This document shows, in pieces, positions 1-11,258 of a stretch of DNA of 64,000 nt. The translations under genes and the position numbers were made by a program. Origin of the DNA: Rubripirellula sp. (GTDB lineage Bacteria; Planctomycetota; Planctomycetia; Pirellulales; Pirellulaceae); NCBI GenBank assembly GCA_965216875.1, contig OZ244207.1, positions 6,208,001 to 6,272,000 of the forward strand. The letters are read 5' to 3'. The notes under the pieces are model-generated. The model saw only the letters and a list, made by a program, of their open reading frames with translations. It had not been told where the DNA came from and ran no database searches. How positions within the stretch are numbered: position 1 is the first letter of the stretch; every line of letters starts with the position of its first letter.

Positions 1-2
1 GG

Positions 3-668
3 GAACAAAAGAAGATTGCTCAGTCGGTCGACCTTGGCGCCGAAGGAATGATTCCACTTGAAGTCCGTTTTCACCATGATCCCGACAGCACTCATGGGTA
101 CGTCGGCGCGGCGCTCAGCAGCGCAATCTTTCATTGGCACAAACATGCCGATCAATGGGTTGCCGAAAAAGTGGTTCAGGTCGAACCGATCGAAACCGAA
201 GGCTGGCCGTTCCCGGTTCCTGGATTGATCACCGATGTGATCCTGTCACTTGATGACAAGTACCTGTACTTTTCGAACTGGTTGCATGGTGATTTGCGGC
301 AATACGACATTAGCGATCCAAGCCAGCCAAAACTGACCGGCCAGGTTTGGCTTGGCGGCGTGGTCGGAAAGCCCTCTGAGCTGGCTGGCCGCAACACCAC
401 CGGCGGTCCGCAAATGATTCAGCTCAGCTTGGACGGCAAGCGTCTTTACGTCACCAGCTCACTCTATAGCGTTTGGGACAACCAGTTTTACCCTTCGATG
501 GCAGAGTCGGGTTCTTGGATGGTTGCGATCGATTGCGACACCGAAAACGGCGGGATGAAACTTCGCGATGATTTCTTTGTCGACTTCGGCAAAGAACCCG
601 GAGGCCCGGCTCGGGCTCATGAGATCCGCTTCCCGGGTGGCGACTCAACTTCCGACATCTGGGTCTAA
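3..668 (+). CDS. Selenium-binding protein SBP56 / methanethiol oxidase family (5'-truncated by window edge)
   Basis: Frame is open from position 3. Motifs [49 protein letters not shown] and C-terminal [15 protein letters not shown] are typical of SBP56/SELENBP1. Confidence 0.9.
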   Translation, partial: EQKKIAQSVDLGAEGMIPLEVRFHHDPDSTHGYVGAALSSAIFHWHKHADQWVAEKVVQVEPIETEGWPFPVPGLITDVILSLDDKYLYFSNWLHGDLRQYDISDPSQPKLTGQVWLGGVVGKPSELAGRNTTGGPQMIQLSLDGKRLYVTSSLYSVWDNQFYPSMAESGSWMVAIDCDTENGGMKLRDDFFVDFGKEPGGPARAHEIRFPGGDSTSDIWV

Positions 669-757
669 GCCGACAACCAGTTCGTGGTGAAGCGTGGAGC
701 GGAGCAAACTCGCGCTTTGGACTACCGCTTCGACGTTGTTTCGATCATCCTCGATGC

Positions 758-2008
758 ATGAACGAATCCTCGTCAGAAGCACCGACACAACCTACGCCCA
801 TAGATCATGCAACCCAGACTTTCTGGGCATTCCCTCGATACTGGGCGGGATGCCTACTAGTTCTGATTGGTGTTTCCTATCGCCTCTGGATTCCACCCGA
901 CCTCTACCCTGCCCTTCCCTTGCACGGTGTCTTTGGTGCACTTCCGTCGGTGACTCACTGGCTCGCGCTCGGGTTTCTGATCGCATCGATCGTTGCCATT
1001 GCGATCGCCCCGATGCGTTTGCGACTGGCTTGGTGGATGGTCGCCTTTTCTCTGCTGATCTTGTTTGCGCTCGACCAACACCGACTACAGCCGTGGGCGT
1101 ACCAGTCTTTTATCTATGCGATCATCTTTGGATCGATGCGTGATCCGATGCTCGCTCGGCGTTTGGTTTTTCCGGTCGCGATTAGCGTCTACTTCTTCAG
1201 CGGACTCGGGAAGCTTGATTACCAATTTGCCTACTCGGTCGGCCAAGATTTTCTTCAGGCTGCTGCTGCGCCAATGGGTGGATTACCCGACGGCGTCTCT
1301 TTGGATCTTCGGGCGAAGCTCGCGCTTGTGATGCCGGCAGCAGAAGTGATTGCGGCCCTTCTGTTGGTGTTTCGAGTGAGTCGAACGATTGGTGGCGCGT
1401 TGCTGATTATCATGCATGTAAGTCTGATCGCGCTGCTGGGCCCTTGGAACATGGATCATTCCAACGGTGTGCTTGTTTGGAATGCAACTCTGATTGGTCA
1501 AGCATGGTTGTTGTTTCTCAAGAAACCAACTGACTCGGTCCCATCAACCAACTTACTGCGTCACACGCCGATTCCCACGATGGTGGTGGTCGCACTTGCC
1601 ACCTTGGCGCCACTGTCGGAACGCAATGGATATTGGGACCATTGGTTATCGTGGGCTCTCTATTCGCCTCATAGCAGTCGAGTGGACGCAGAGATCCATC
1701 AGTCGGCTGTCGGAAAACTCCATCCTTCGTTGGTAGCCTGCCTCGAAGAAGATCGCAACGAGGATGGTTGGCAAGAACTATCACTGACCCAGTGGTCACT
1801 TGATCAGCGTGGTGTGCCAACGTACCCGCAAGCCAGATATCAACTTGGCCTGCTCAGCGAAATCGCTGAGAGGGCCGAATTGAGACGTGCGATCCGAGGT
1901 CAAATCAAGAGTGTTTCCAATCGCTGGACGGGTGATCGCGAAACCAAGCCCCTCCTGGGAAACTATGAGTTTCTAACGGCCAAACGCGACTACTGGTTTC
2001 TGCCCTAG
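758..2008 (+). CDS. Multi-pass membrane protein (HTTM/DoxX-like)
   Basis: 416 aa with about 8 hydrophobic segments, plus DQHRLQPW and YFFSGLGK motifs. Confidence 0.6.
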   Translation: MNESSSEAPTQPTPIDHATQTFWAFPRYWAGCLLVLIGVSYRLWIPPDLYPALPLHGVFGALPSVTHWLALGFLIASIVAIAIAPMRLRLAWWMVAFSLLILFALDQHRLQPWAYQSFIYAIIFGSMRDPMLARRLVFPVAISVYFFSGLGKLDYQFAYSVGQDFLQAAAAPMGGLPDGVSLDLRAKLALVMPAAEVIAALLLVFRVSRTIGGALLIIMHVSLIALLGPWNMDHSNGVLVWNATLIGQAWLLFLKKPTDSVPSTNLLRHTPIPTMVVVALATLAPLSERNGYWDHWLSWALYSPHSSRVDAEIHQSAVGKLHPSLVACLEEDRNEDGWQELSLTQWSLDQRGVPTYPQARYQLGLLSEIAERAELRRAIRGQIKSVSNRWTGDRETKPLLGNYEFLTAKRDYWFLP

Positions 2009-2265
2009 ATACCCATCTGCTGGAGGATATCGGCGATCCGTCCAAGCGATTCTGTGAGCACAGGATGGGACTCTTCAAAGCGTTTCGCCGAGCTGGTCAC
2101 GCGGCTGCTTAGCGTTTCGCTGGCGTCTTCTTGCTGACTTAGAACAGCCTGAATTCGCGACACCGTTTCCTTGAGTCCGTCGACGTCCTCGTTATCGAGA
2201 TCGTCAGTGCTCGCCAACTCGTGACGCAAGGTTTCCAGCGCGGCCGTCAATTCTTCATGGCTCAT
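2005..2265 (-). CDS. DUF4404-like small helical protein
   Basis: C-terminal FEESHPVLTESLGRIADILQQMGI pattern; likely start is the ATG at 2265. Confidence 0.75.
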   Translation of the reverse strand: MSHEELTAALETLRHELASTDDLDNEDVDGLKETVSRIQAVLSQQEDASETLSSRVTSSAKRFEESHPVLTESLGRIADILQQMGI

Positions 2266-2413
2266 TGTCGAACATTCCAAGCATCGATTACAGATTCTTA
2301 AACGCCTCCATTCTAGCCGATCGCTCTCGCGGGTGAAGTTGAAGCGGAGAGCTGATTTCGAGTTAGAATGGATTCAGCAGGCGTTTCCCTTATCTTTTTT
2401 CATCATCAATGCC

Positions 2414-2749
2414 ATGCGTCTATTTCAAAACATCCAATCCAACCGATTGCTGTATGCCAAAGGCGTGCTCTTTCTGGTGTTGGCCGTCATTGCCGCTGCC
2501 ATGCTGATCAGCCGAGCACCGCGGCTTGATATTGCTGCGCTCTTGCTGATTTGTATTTGGGCGAGCTGCCGCAGCTACTACTTCGCATTCTACGTGATCG
2601 AGCATTACGTCGATGGCAAGTATCGATTTGCAGGTTTGTTCGACTTCTGCAAATACATCGCAGGTGGTCAAGGTGAATTGGCCAACGAGGTAGGCTGCAA
2701 CAACAATGACGTCGTCACCAACAACACTCAGGGCGAAGCTCATGAGTGA
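2414..2749 (+). CDS. Small hypothetical membrane protein
   Basis: Two TM segments and a CRSYYFAFYVIEHYVD motif; overlaps the next start. Confidence 0.6.
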   Translation: MRLFQNIQSNRLLYAKGVLFLVLAVIAAAMLISRAPRLDIAALLLICIWASCRSYYFAFYVIEHYVDGKYRFAGLFDFCKYIAGGQGELANEVGCNNNDVVTNNTQGEAHE

Positions 2750-4736
2750 TGCAGGTCCCTCGAACAAAGGTGCAAAGCCGTCAGGAAATGCGTCCAAGAA
2801 TCCCTGGAGCCTACGGGACGTCGATGGATCCATCACACAGCTAAGCGAGCAGAAGCTTTACAAGCGTTTGATCGCCGCTGGCGACGACATTGAAAAGATG
2901 TCGGTCCGTCGTAGCGACAGCGGCTGGCATCCTGCGAAAGCCGTTTTGCAGAAATATGAACGGCTACAGGCCGAAGGCATCTATTTGCGGGTCGACGGTC
3001 ACGTGGATGGCCCTTTCACTGCAATGAAAAGCATGGAGTTGTTGCGGGAGTCTGACTCGGTCAATCAGATGCAGGCCAAAGTGGGACTCCATTCGGATTG
3101 GTTTCCGGCCAAGCGTCTGTTACGAAGACTCGAAAAACTGACGGCCGAAAAGGAGGGTACCGAGCAAGCGAATCCGCCTGGCGATGACAAAAGCGGATCG
3201 TCAGACAGCTTGGGTGAATCGGACATCATCGACGCGCGACTCATCATCGATGATCTGGAGGATGAAGAGGTCATCGACGTCGACGTTGACCTGGACGATT
3301 CAGATACCGAAACCGAGCGGAAGCCCGACAATGATCACGATGAAGACGAACTGGTATCGGTTCAAATCATCGAGGACGCATCCGCTTCGAACTCAGACAA
3401 CTTGGTCAAGGTTGAATTGATTGAGGACGACGATCAGGTCAAGGTCGAAATCATCGAAGATCAACCGGCCAACAAGCCCGTCGTCGCGCCTGTCGTGGCG
3501 CCTGTCGCCACACCCGCGAACAAGACGGCTCAACCAATGGCGCCCGCGGCGAAAACGCCCGATACCAAGAAGGTCAAACCAACTCCAGCCGACACAAAAT
3601 CGGAAGCAGCGCAACCCACCACAACCGCTGACGACGCCGCAAAACTCCCCGTCGCAAAACCGGTGAAAGTCGAGGCCACCCCCGCAACGCCTGTTGCAAA
3701 ACCGGTCACCGCAACGCCTGTTGCCAAGCCGGTCACCGTAACACCTGTTACCAAGCCGGTCTCCGAAACGCCCGTTGCCAAAACGACACCCGTTGCGACG
3801 CCCGTGGTCGTGCAACCCGTTGTTGCAGCGCCTGTTGCACCCCAACCTGCGCCGGCCGTTCCCGTCGTCACACCAAAACCGAAGCGCCCCGATCGGTACA
3901 CGTCGACCACGCGGCGACCTGAGCCGAAAACGCGTCAGGCAAAGATCATCGCAGGCATCGGTGCTGCCGGGCTGTTCTTGTTGATCTGCATCGGCGGGGG
4001 CGTGATGTGGCTTGTCGCCAGTCTCAACAAAAACGCGCCAATTGAAGATTCAAACGCGTCGCTGACTTCCGCAGCGTCAGATCAGGATTCGATCGCCGAG
4101 GTCGCGTTGGAGCCGCCGGTCCTTCGCGAAGGCACGATCTATCGTCCAACGATTCGAACCGGGATCGGTGAAGCGAAAGGTGGGATTCTTTTTTCGGCCC
4201 GGTTGGGACGATCCAATCAGTTGCTTCTTATTGGCGCGGCCAGCTTGCTCGGTCCGAACAACGGTTTGGAACGTCAACTTCGTGGCGCCGAGGTACTGAT
4301 TCACTTCAAAGAGCTTACCGTCCAGGATTGCCTGAGTAAGAAGAGCGAAAAGGCAAACGGCAGTCCACTTCGCATTCGTAGCACCGCCGAATACCCCGAG
4401 TTTTCCCAAAGCGGCGACGCTTTTGCGTTCGCGACCGAAGGCCACATGGGTCTCGACCCTCTGTCAGTCGGCCGCCAGGACGCAAAGGTTGGCGATCGGA
4501 TTTGGTTGCTCGCGCCCGTCGCTGGGCGGGAAACGATGACGCATCCCGGCGAGATCATTGGCCGACAAGACGATTGGTTGCTGTACCAACTTGACAACGT
4601 CAACCTGTCGACCAGTTCCGTTGTTGGTGCGCCGATCATCACCGACGACCGCGAAGTGCTAGGCATTCATGTTGCGGTCGACGGTTCCACCAACGTCGCA
4701 TCGCCGATCAACATGTTGGTGCCGGCGATCGAATAG
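2742..4736 (+). CDS. Bitopic membrane protein: GYF_2-like N-terminal domains, acidic and Pro/Thr/Val-rich linker, TM helix, degenerate trypsin-like C-terminal domain
   Basis: IYLRVDGHVDGPF..WFPA pattern, PVAKPV repeats, TM IIAGIGAAGLFLLICIGGGVMWLV, and C-terminal VGDRIWL..GAPIITDDREVLGIH. Confidence 0.65.
   Translation: MSDAGPSNKGAKPSGNASKNPWSLRDVDGSITQLSEQKLYKRLIAAGDDIEKMSVRRSDSGWHPAKAVLQKYERLQAEGIYLRVDGHVDGPFTAMKSMELLRESDSVNQMQAKVGLHSDWFPAKRLLRRLEKLTAEKEGTEQANPPGDDKSGSSDSLGESDIIDARLIIDDLEDEEVIDVDVDLDDSDTETERKPDNDHDEDELVSVQIIEDASASNSDNLVKVELIEDDDQVKVEIIEDQPANKPVVAPVVAPVATPANKTAQPMAPAAKTPDTKKVKPTPADTKSEAAQPTTTADDAAKLPVAKPVKVEATPATPVAKPVTATPVAKPVTVTPVTKPVSETPVAKTTPVATPVVVQPVVAAPVAPQPAPAVPVVTPKPKRPDRYTSTTRRPEPKTRQAKIIAGIGAAGLFLLICIGGGVMWLVASLNKNAPIEDSNASLTSAASDQDSIAEVALEPPVLREGTIYRPTIRTGIGEAKGGILFSARLGRSNQLLLIGAASLLGPNNGLERQLRGAEVLIHFKELTVQDCLSKKSEKANGSPLRIRSTAEYPEFSQSGDAFAFATEGHMGLDPLSVGRQDAKVGDRIWLLAPVAGRETMTHPGEIIGRQDDWLLYQLDNVNLSTSSVVGAPIITDDREVLGIHVAVDGSTNVASPINMLVPAIE
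3684..3791 (+). repeat. Intragenic 27-bp tandem repeat (about 4 copies; ATPVAKPVT)
   Basis: gcaacgcctgttgcaaaaccggtcacc and three variants in tandem. Confidence 0.85.
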
Positions 4737-4747
4737 GCATCTGGGTC

Positions 4748-5887
<1,140 letters not shown>

Positions 5888-5947
5888 CGTTTTTGATTCA
5901 AAAGGTATTTACGTAGAAAGCTTGTTGTAAGGATCTGGTGAAGCGAA

Positions 5948-7003
5948 TTACTCGTTCCAGCCATGTGCATCTTGGACTGACAGCATCGCGGCGAGAATGC
6001 TGTTCCAGGTTTCAGGTTTGGACATGACGTCGTTGGGGAACATACAGCCGTCCCAACAGATATGGCGGCATGTGGTCAGCACGTCGCCATGCTCATCGCG
6101 CAACCAGAAGCCGGCGTCATGAGCAATGTCAAGTTTCCCATTGGGATCATCGGGCAAACAGTGGCGTCCCGTCTTGTCGTGACTGCCCGTGCCATGAACC
6201 GTCGCGTCATTTTGAGCGACGTGGAAGTCGATCGTCCAGGGGCGCAGTGCGTGCGTGAGTTCTTTCAGCGCCGCGTTCTTCTTTTCGACATCGTCCCAAG
6301 CGAATCCTTCCGGCAAGATCGCATCTTCAGGTGCGTTGTAGCCGAGAAGGTAAAGCAAGGTGTGAGCCATGTCAGCTTGGAACCCAAAGCGCTCTGGGTG
6401 ACCAACGCGTTCGAGCAAGTCGACCATCTTTCGCCAACTCTGCATGCCACCCCAGCAGATTTCGCCCTCGGCGGCCAAACGCTCGTCGTACTCTTCGGCA
6501 ATATCAACGGCTGCCTTGAGCGTGTCGGCAATCTTTGACTGATTCGCTTCAGGATCCTTGACCCATTCTTCGACCGAAGTCGCTGTGTCGAGTCGCACGA
6601 CCCCGTAAGGTCGCACACCGAGTTCACGAAGCTTCTTTGCAATCGTGCATCCCTTGCGAACCTGAGTAAGAAACGCGTCAATCGCGTCGCGATCACCAGC
6701 GGCCGAACCGCCGCCGGTCGGTTCCCAAACGGGAGCCACGACACTGCCGACGACCAAGCCGCGGCTCTTCACGCGTTCGGCCAAGTCTTCCAATTCGGCA
6801 TCGGTCGCATCAATCGAAACGTGCGGGTCGTAAAGAAAAACATCGACACCGTCAAACTTGCGACCATCCACTTCGGCAGCCGCGGTCATGTCCAACATGG
6901 TGTCGAGCTCGATGCAAGGATCATTGCCCTCGCCACCTTTGCCGACCACGCCAGGCCAAGCCGCATTGTGAAGTTTTGGAAATTGATTGGGGTGATCAGT
7001 CAT
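5948..7003 (-). CDS. Sugar phosphate isomerase/epimerase (xylose-isomerase-like TIM barrel)
   Basis: Metal-ligand pattern LAAEGE, QADMAH, DFHVAQND; start ATG 7003. Confidence 0.8.
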   Translation of the reverse strand: MTDHPNQFPKLHNAAWPGVVGKGGEGNDPCIELDTMLDMTAAAEVDGRKFDGVDVFLYDPHVSIDATDAELEDLAERVKSRGLVVGSVVAPVWEPTGGGSAAGDRDAIDAFLTQVRKGCTIAKKLRELGVRPYGVVRLDTATSVEEWVKDPEANQSKIADTLKAAVDIAEEYDERLAAEGEICWGGMQSWRKMVDLLERVGHPERFGFQADMAHTLLYLLGYNAPEDAILPEGFAWDDVEKKNAALKELTHALRPWTIDFHVAQNDATVHGTGSHDKTGRHCLPDDPNGKLDIAHDAGFWLRDEHGDVLTTCRHICWDGCMFPNDVMSKPETWNSILAAMLSVQDAHGWNE

Positions 7004-7057
7004 GATTCTATTTTTGCTTGAGGTTGGTTGGTGATTTTTTGTTTTTGTAGTTCCAGT

Positions 7058-7087
7058 CCTCGTTCCCACGCTCTGCGTGGGAACGCA
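7058..7087. repeat. REP family A, left of RAYT
   Basis: Hairpin cctcgttcccacgctctgcgtgggaacgca. Confidence 0.85.
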
Positions 7088-7119
7088 ATCTTGCCCGCTC
7101 CGCGGGCCGCCGCCTTCCT

Positions 7120-7653
7120 CTACATCCAGTCAGTCGTCACTTCGATCAGCCCAGGTTGCTGAGCAAAATTCCTGGCGCTGGAATAACGCCAATCCACAGG
7201 ATCATCAACGTAACCACGGCGGACTGGATTGTAGTGAATGTACTCGAGCTTCTGCCACATAATCGAATCGGTGCGCATTTGCTTGGGTTGCTTGCCCTCC
7301 TGCCAAAGCTGATACCGACGATCGGTTTTGTGACGCAAACGGTGCATGTTCAGTTGCCGTAGCAACGAACTCTCACCGCGCGCTTTTAAACCGTCAATAA
7401 CCTTTCGAGCTGTGTAGGACCGACACCTCGCGAACGTGTCTGCGATCCGGTCACCACAAGCGATGAGGTGCAAGTGGTTTTCGAGGATGCAGTATCCAAG
7501 TAGCTCTAGCTCGCTGTTTTCGTGAAGGAACCTCCAACTATTGAGGACTTCTTCCACTGCCCACGGTCGAGTAAAGACCGATAACCAGCCATTGATCGTC
7601 CAGGTGGTGAAATAAGGATATTCATTTTCAACAATCCGATATCGCGTTCGCAT
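7120..7653 (-). mobile_element. REP-associated tyrosine transposase (RAYT, Y1 HUH)
   Basis: PYFTTW, HUH motif ENHLHLI, LWQ, catalytic Tyr in KLEYIHYNPVRRG, WRYSS; flanked by inverted REP palindromes. Confidence 0.92.
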
Positions 7654-7701
7654 GTCTGCCCCACTTGCGTACGTCGGAGTAAGCCGCGGAGCGGCCGGTT
7701 A

Positions 7702-7731
7702 TGCGTTACCACGCGGAGCATGGTAACGAGG
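7702..7731. repeat. REP family A, right of RAYT (inverted)
   Basis: tgcgttaccacgcggagcatggtaacgagg; further copies at 45513-45542 and 60415-60444. Confidence 0.85.
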
Positions 7732-7743
7732 TTCGAGGTTCGC

Positions 7744-8994
7744 CTAGCTGCCGGCGGTTGGCAGGTTGGCGTGGGTATCGGGGCCAAAGTAGCGCAAACC
7801 AACAAGTGGCTCACTGCCCGTGTTTTCAATCTCAACACCAGCGGTCGCCGCCTTGTGTGAAATGAAGACTTCGTCCGTCGTGTTCTCGCCAAAGCGAATC
7901 ATCGCCGGCGTTTGCAAATCGAGCGAGCCGATCCGTCCTCGACCTTGAACCGTGATCCAGCTACTTGCACCTGGATCCTGCAGAGTGCATTTGGCTCCCG
8001 GCGCGAGCGTCAACTCTTTGGCGCTGAAAAGCTGGCGTCCATCAACGGTACCGTAGACGATCCATAAATCTTCGTATCCCTCGCCGCTGCGATCGTCATC
8101 ACGAACGGGTTCGAGATAATTGCTCTGTTTGAAGTGGGTATCGACGTTCTTGTCCCAATCGAGTTGGCCGACAATGAAGTCGAGGTCCTGGTGTTTGTCT
8201 TCTGGCATGTCTTTGACCAACAACGACCAAGGTACATAACGACCTTCGACAATCGACTGGTACATGCCAAAGACATCGCTGCCCCATTGCGGTTCGTATG
8301 TGCAAAGCGAACCCGGAGCGTGAAGCACGCCTGGTGGGATCAACCAACCTGTGCCCCGTTTGAGACGGTAGGCGCGGCTGAGATCAAGCATGCCGTTATC
8401 GCCGGCGTTCCAGTTTTCCAAACAGAGACGAACATCTTCGGGTGTCGTACCGGGCTCAAGCCCCATGAACGTGTAGGCAAAGTTGTTGTCAACATTGTTC
8501 AATTGAGGCGGGAAGTAGTAACTTTCCGGCTTGCCCTCTTGGCCGACCAAAGCCGCATCTTCAAAGCTTTGATGCATGTGGTGCGGAATGGGGCCCATGT
8601 TGTCGAAGAACTTGGAGTAGACGGGCCATCGTTTGTATTCGTCAAAGATCTTGGAACCGACAATGTCCGCGCCGCGTTCTTCGACCGCATCTTTCAGCAA
8701 AAACTTTTTGCCCTCGAAAAGACAAAAACTCAGACCTTCGTGCCATACGCGACCCTCGTTGGCCGCTTCGGTCGTGCTGCCGAACCAGCGTTCGTCGATG
8801 CCACCGCGGTCGGCACCAAACCGATAGTAGTCGCCGGGGTGCAACTTGATGCGGCGGCCAGGATGCAGAAAGGAACGCGGCACCCAAGTGGGCGTAAGTC
8901 GCAACAGGCCTCCGCCCGCATCGAGTGCTGAATCGAGAACGGACGCAACGCTGTCACCTTTGATCAGCCCTTCGTCCAAATTCACCGTGCTCAT
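7744..8994 (-). CDS. Cupin-fold protein, mannose-6-phosphate-isomerase-like
   Basis: PIPHHMHQ..GKPESYY and IPPGVLHAPG..YEPQ motifs resemble type I PMI metal-binding motifs. Confidence 0.7.
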   Translation of the reverse strand: MSTVNLDEGLIKGDSVASVLDSALDAGGGLLRLTPTWVPRSFLHPGRRIKLHPGDYYRFGADRGGIDERWFGSTTEAANEGRVWHEGLSFCLFEGKKFLLKDAVEERGADIVGSKIFDEYKRWPVYSKFFDNMGPIPHHMHQSFEDAALVGQEGKPESYYFPPQLNNVDNNFAYTFMGLEPGTTPEDVRLCLENWNAGDNGMLDLSRAYRLKRGTGWLIPPGVLHAPGSLCTYEPQWGSDVFGMYQSIVEGRYVPWSLLVKDMPEDKHQDLDFIVGQLDWDKNVDTHFKQSNYLEPVRDDDRSGEGYEDLWIVYGTVDGRQLFSAKELTLAPGAKCTLQDPGASSWITVQGRGRIGSLDLQTPAMIRFGENTTDEVFISHKAATAGVEIENTGSEPLVGLRYFGPDTHANLPTAGS

Positions 8995-9233
8995 GGATTT
9001 CGTCTTTTTCGGTTGGATGGGCCAGGCAGGAAGTTTGGGGACGACAATCGGCCCGTGTGGTGGCGTCGTCGGAGCTCATTGTTTTATTAGCTGATCCCGC
9101 GCGGTACAAGATTGCGAGCGATTGTCGCAGCCTATTGACCGCTAAAACGTCGCGAGCGGCCTTGCGTTTGCCGATCGCGTTGGCACACTGGTCAGGCTTC
9201 TTTATGACCCGTTTTTGTTCGGCTGAATCCCGC

Positions 9234-10412
9234 ATGACCACTCAAACGTCCACGCATCGCCATCTCGACGATCGCTCCGACAGCATCCAATGGGATGCGC
9301 AATCGCCTCTGACCATGCAAATCGAGACGCGTGCAGGGACAATCACGACCAAGCATGGGCGATTTATCGGCGGTGCAGCCGACCAAGTTGAGGTGATTGA
9401 GGTCGATACGGGCGCGGCCAGAGTCATGATTCTGCCGACCCGCGGGATGTCGATCTGGAAAATGGATGCCGGTGGCGTCACTTACGGTTGGAATTCGCCG
9501 GTTGCTGGCCCAGTTCACCCATCCCAGGTACCCGTTTTCGATCCCAGCGGCATTGGCTGGCTCGAGGGTTTTGACGAATTCGTCGTACGTTGCGGGCTGC
9601 ACAGCAACGGTGCGCCAGAGCATGATGACGCAGGACACTTGGTCTATCCGTTGCACGGACGGATTGGGAACCTGCCAGCCGATTCGCTTTCGATCGAATA
9701 CGACGAAGCGTCAGGGCGACTGGAGGTGATCGGCGAAGTGGTCGAATCGCGACTCTTCATCGGCCGGCTGCGTCTGCGAAGTCGTACACGGTTTCAAGCG
9801 GGCAAGCCCGACGTCGAATTGCTCGATGACGTGACCAACGATCTTTCCAAGCCCGCCAAGATGCAGTTGCTGTACCACATCAACATGGGCGCCCCCGTCC
9901 TGGGGAACGGTTCAGTCCTCGATGCTCCCGTCGAATCGCTGGCACCCAAGGATGACCTTTCGGCAAGCGAAATCGATTCTTGGAACAAGTATGGTCCGCC
10001 TCAATCGGGTTACGCCGAACGGGTCTATTTCGCTCGGCTGCACGCCGATGATTCGAAACGGACGGCAGCCATGCTCAAGAGTCCCGATGGTGATCGTGGA
10101 CTGGGTGTTCGGTTTCATGTCGGCGGATTGCCACGGTTCATTGTTTGGAAAAACACCGCGGCGGAAACCGATGGTTATGTGACCGGCATCGAACCGGCTA
10201 CGAATTTTCCGAACACACGCTCGTTCGAGGAAAACCAAGGACGTGTCGTCGAAATCCGCCCTGGCGATACCGCAGCCTTTCGTGTCTCGCTGCACCCACT
10301 GGTCAATGAAGAACAGGTCGAAGAGTTCGCGACCGGAATTGAGAAGTTGCGCGGTGATCTTGCGAGTGAGATTCACGACACGCCGCGGCCAGGATGGAGC
10401 CCCGGTGCCTAG
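9234..10412 (+). CDS. Aldose 1-epimerase family protein (DUF4432-like)
   Basis: ILPTRGMSIW, CGL..NG, PLHGRIGN, LLYHIN, GIEPATNFP. Confidence 0.82.
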   Translation: MTTQTSTHRHLDDRSDSIQWDAQSPLTMQIETRAGTITTKHGRFIGGAADQVEVIEVDTGAARVMILPTRGMSIWKMDAGGVTYGWNSPVAGPVHPSQVPVFDPSGIGWLEGFDEFVVRCGLHSNGAPEHDDAGHLVYPLHGRIGNLPADSLSIEYDEASGRLEVIGEVVESRLFIGRLRLRSRTRFQAGKPDVELLDDVTNDLSKPAKMQLLYHINMGAPVLGNGSVLDAPVESLAPKDDLSASEIDSWNKYGPPQSGYAERVYFARLHADDSKRTAAMLKSPDGDRGLGVRFHVGGLPRFIVWKNTAAETDGYVTGIEPATNFPNTRSFEENQGRVVEIRPGDTAAFRVSLHPLVNEEQVEEFATGIEKLRGDLASEIHDTPRPGWSPGA

Positions 10413-10415
10413 TGG

Positions 10416-11009
10416 CTATTTGACCGATTCGCCGTGGATTCGGAAGATTGCGAAGTGACTGGCGCCCCTTGGGCCAACACCGCCTGGATACTTGTACTTT
10501 TCCGTATCGACCTTGAATTTGCCTTCGACGGTAACGGGCCGAGTCACGAAATCGGTCGTCTTGCCGGGGACCATTTCGATAATCACGCAATCAAACAACG
10601 CGGCGCCCGGTCCAAAGCAACATTCTTGATTGTCCCGCACCAGCACAAACTGATCGATGTCGGTCTCTTTGAACAACGTGGCTGGCAAGATGTAGCCGCG
10701 AAGTTTGACCTTCTTTCCATCGAGTGATTTGACATCCTTGTTCAACATGCCCTTCTTGAACGGCTGATCCTTCTCGATCTCAAACTTGAGGTCATCGAAA
10801 TTGATTTCGCCCTTCTTGCGAGCTGCATCGCTGCTCTTTCGGTCAATCACCTCGTTCTTGCCACGAGGAACCACTTCACGAGGATTGGATTGTTCTTGAT
10901 CGTTTTCGACAGCGTAGGTCGCTGTGGGTTGAGCGACATCTTGTGTGCCAACCAGCAGGGTAGCGGCAAAGGCAAAACCACCAGCAAGCAACAGGCGAAC
11001 GGATTTCAT
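10416..11009 (-). CDS. DUF3299-like exported protein
   Basis: Signal peptide; LDGKKVKLRGYILP, FVLV..CCFG. Confidence 0.78.
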   Translation of the reverse strand: MKSVRLLLAGGFAFAATLLVGTQDVAQPTATYAVENDQEQSNPREVVPRGKNEVIDRKSSDAARKKGEINFDDLKFEIEKDQPFKKGMLNKDVKSLDGKKVKLRGYILPATLFKETDIDQFVLVRDNQECCFGPGAALFDCVIIEMVPGKTTDFVTRPVTVEGKFKVDTEKYKYPGGVGPRGASHFAIFRIHGESVK

Positions 11010-11181
11010 CTCGATTGACTCACCAAACTGAGTTGGGCTACGCGACCAGACGGGAAAGACCCTCGTTTCGGACAACCCTCGTTATAGCCCGTTATAGTCG
11101 GAACAAGTGTCTTGGTGACATACCAAACCAACCCCAATCGAGTGGGGGGCGGACCGCTGAAGGCGGAAGTGTGAGCCGCCA

Positions 11182-11244
11182 GTTCGTAGTACCGGCTTTA
11201 GCCGGAATCTTCATGCTCTTCCGCCTAAAGGCGGGACTACAAAC
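11182..11244. repeat. REP family D doublet (GTAG-type)
   Basis: gtagtaccggctttagccggaa...ttccgcctaaaggcgggactac; inverted copy at 50230-50293 and a partial copy near 17640-17665. Confidence 0.85.
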
Positions 11245-11258
11245 GGCAAAGATCGCGA

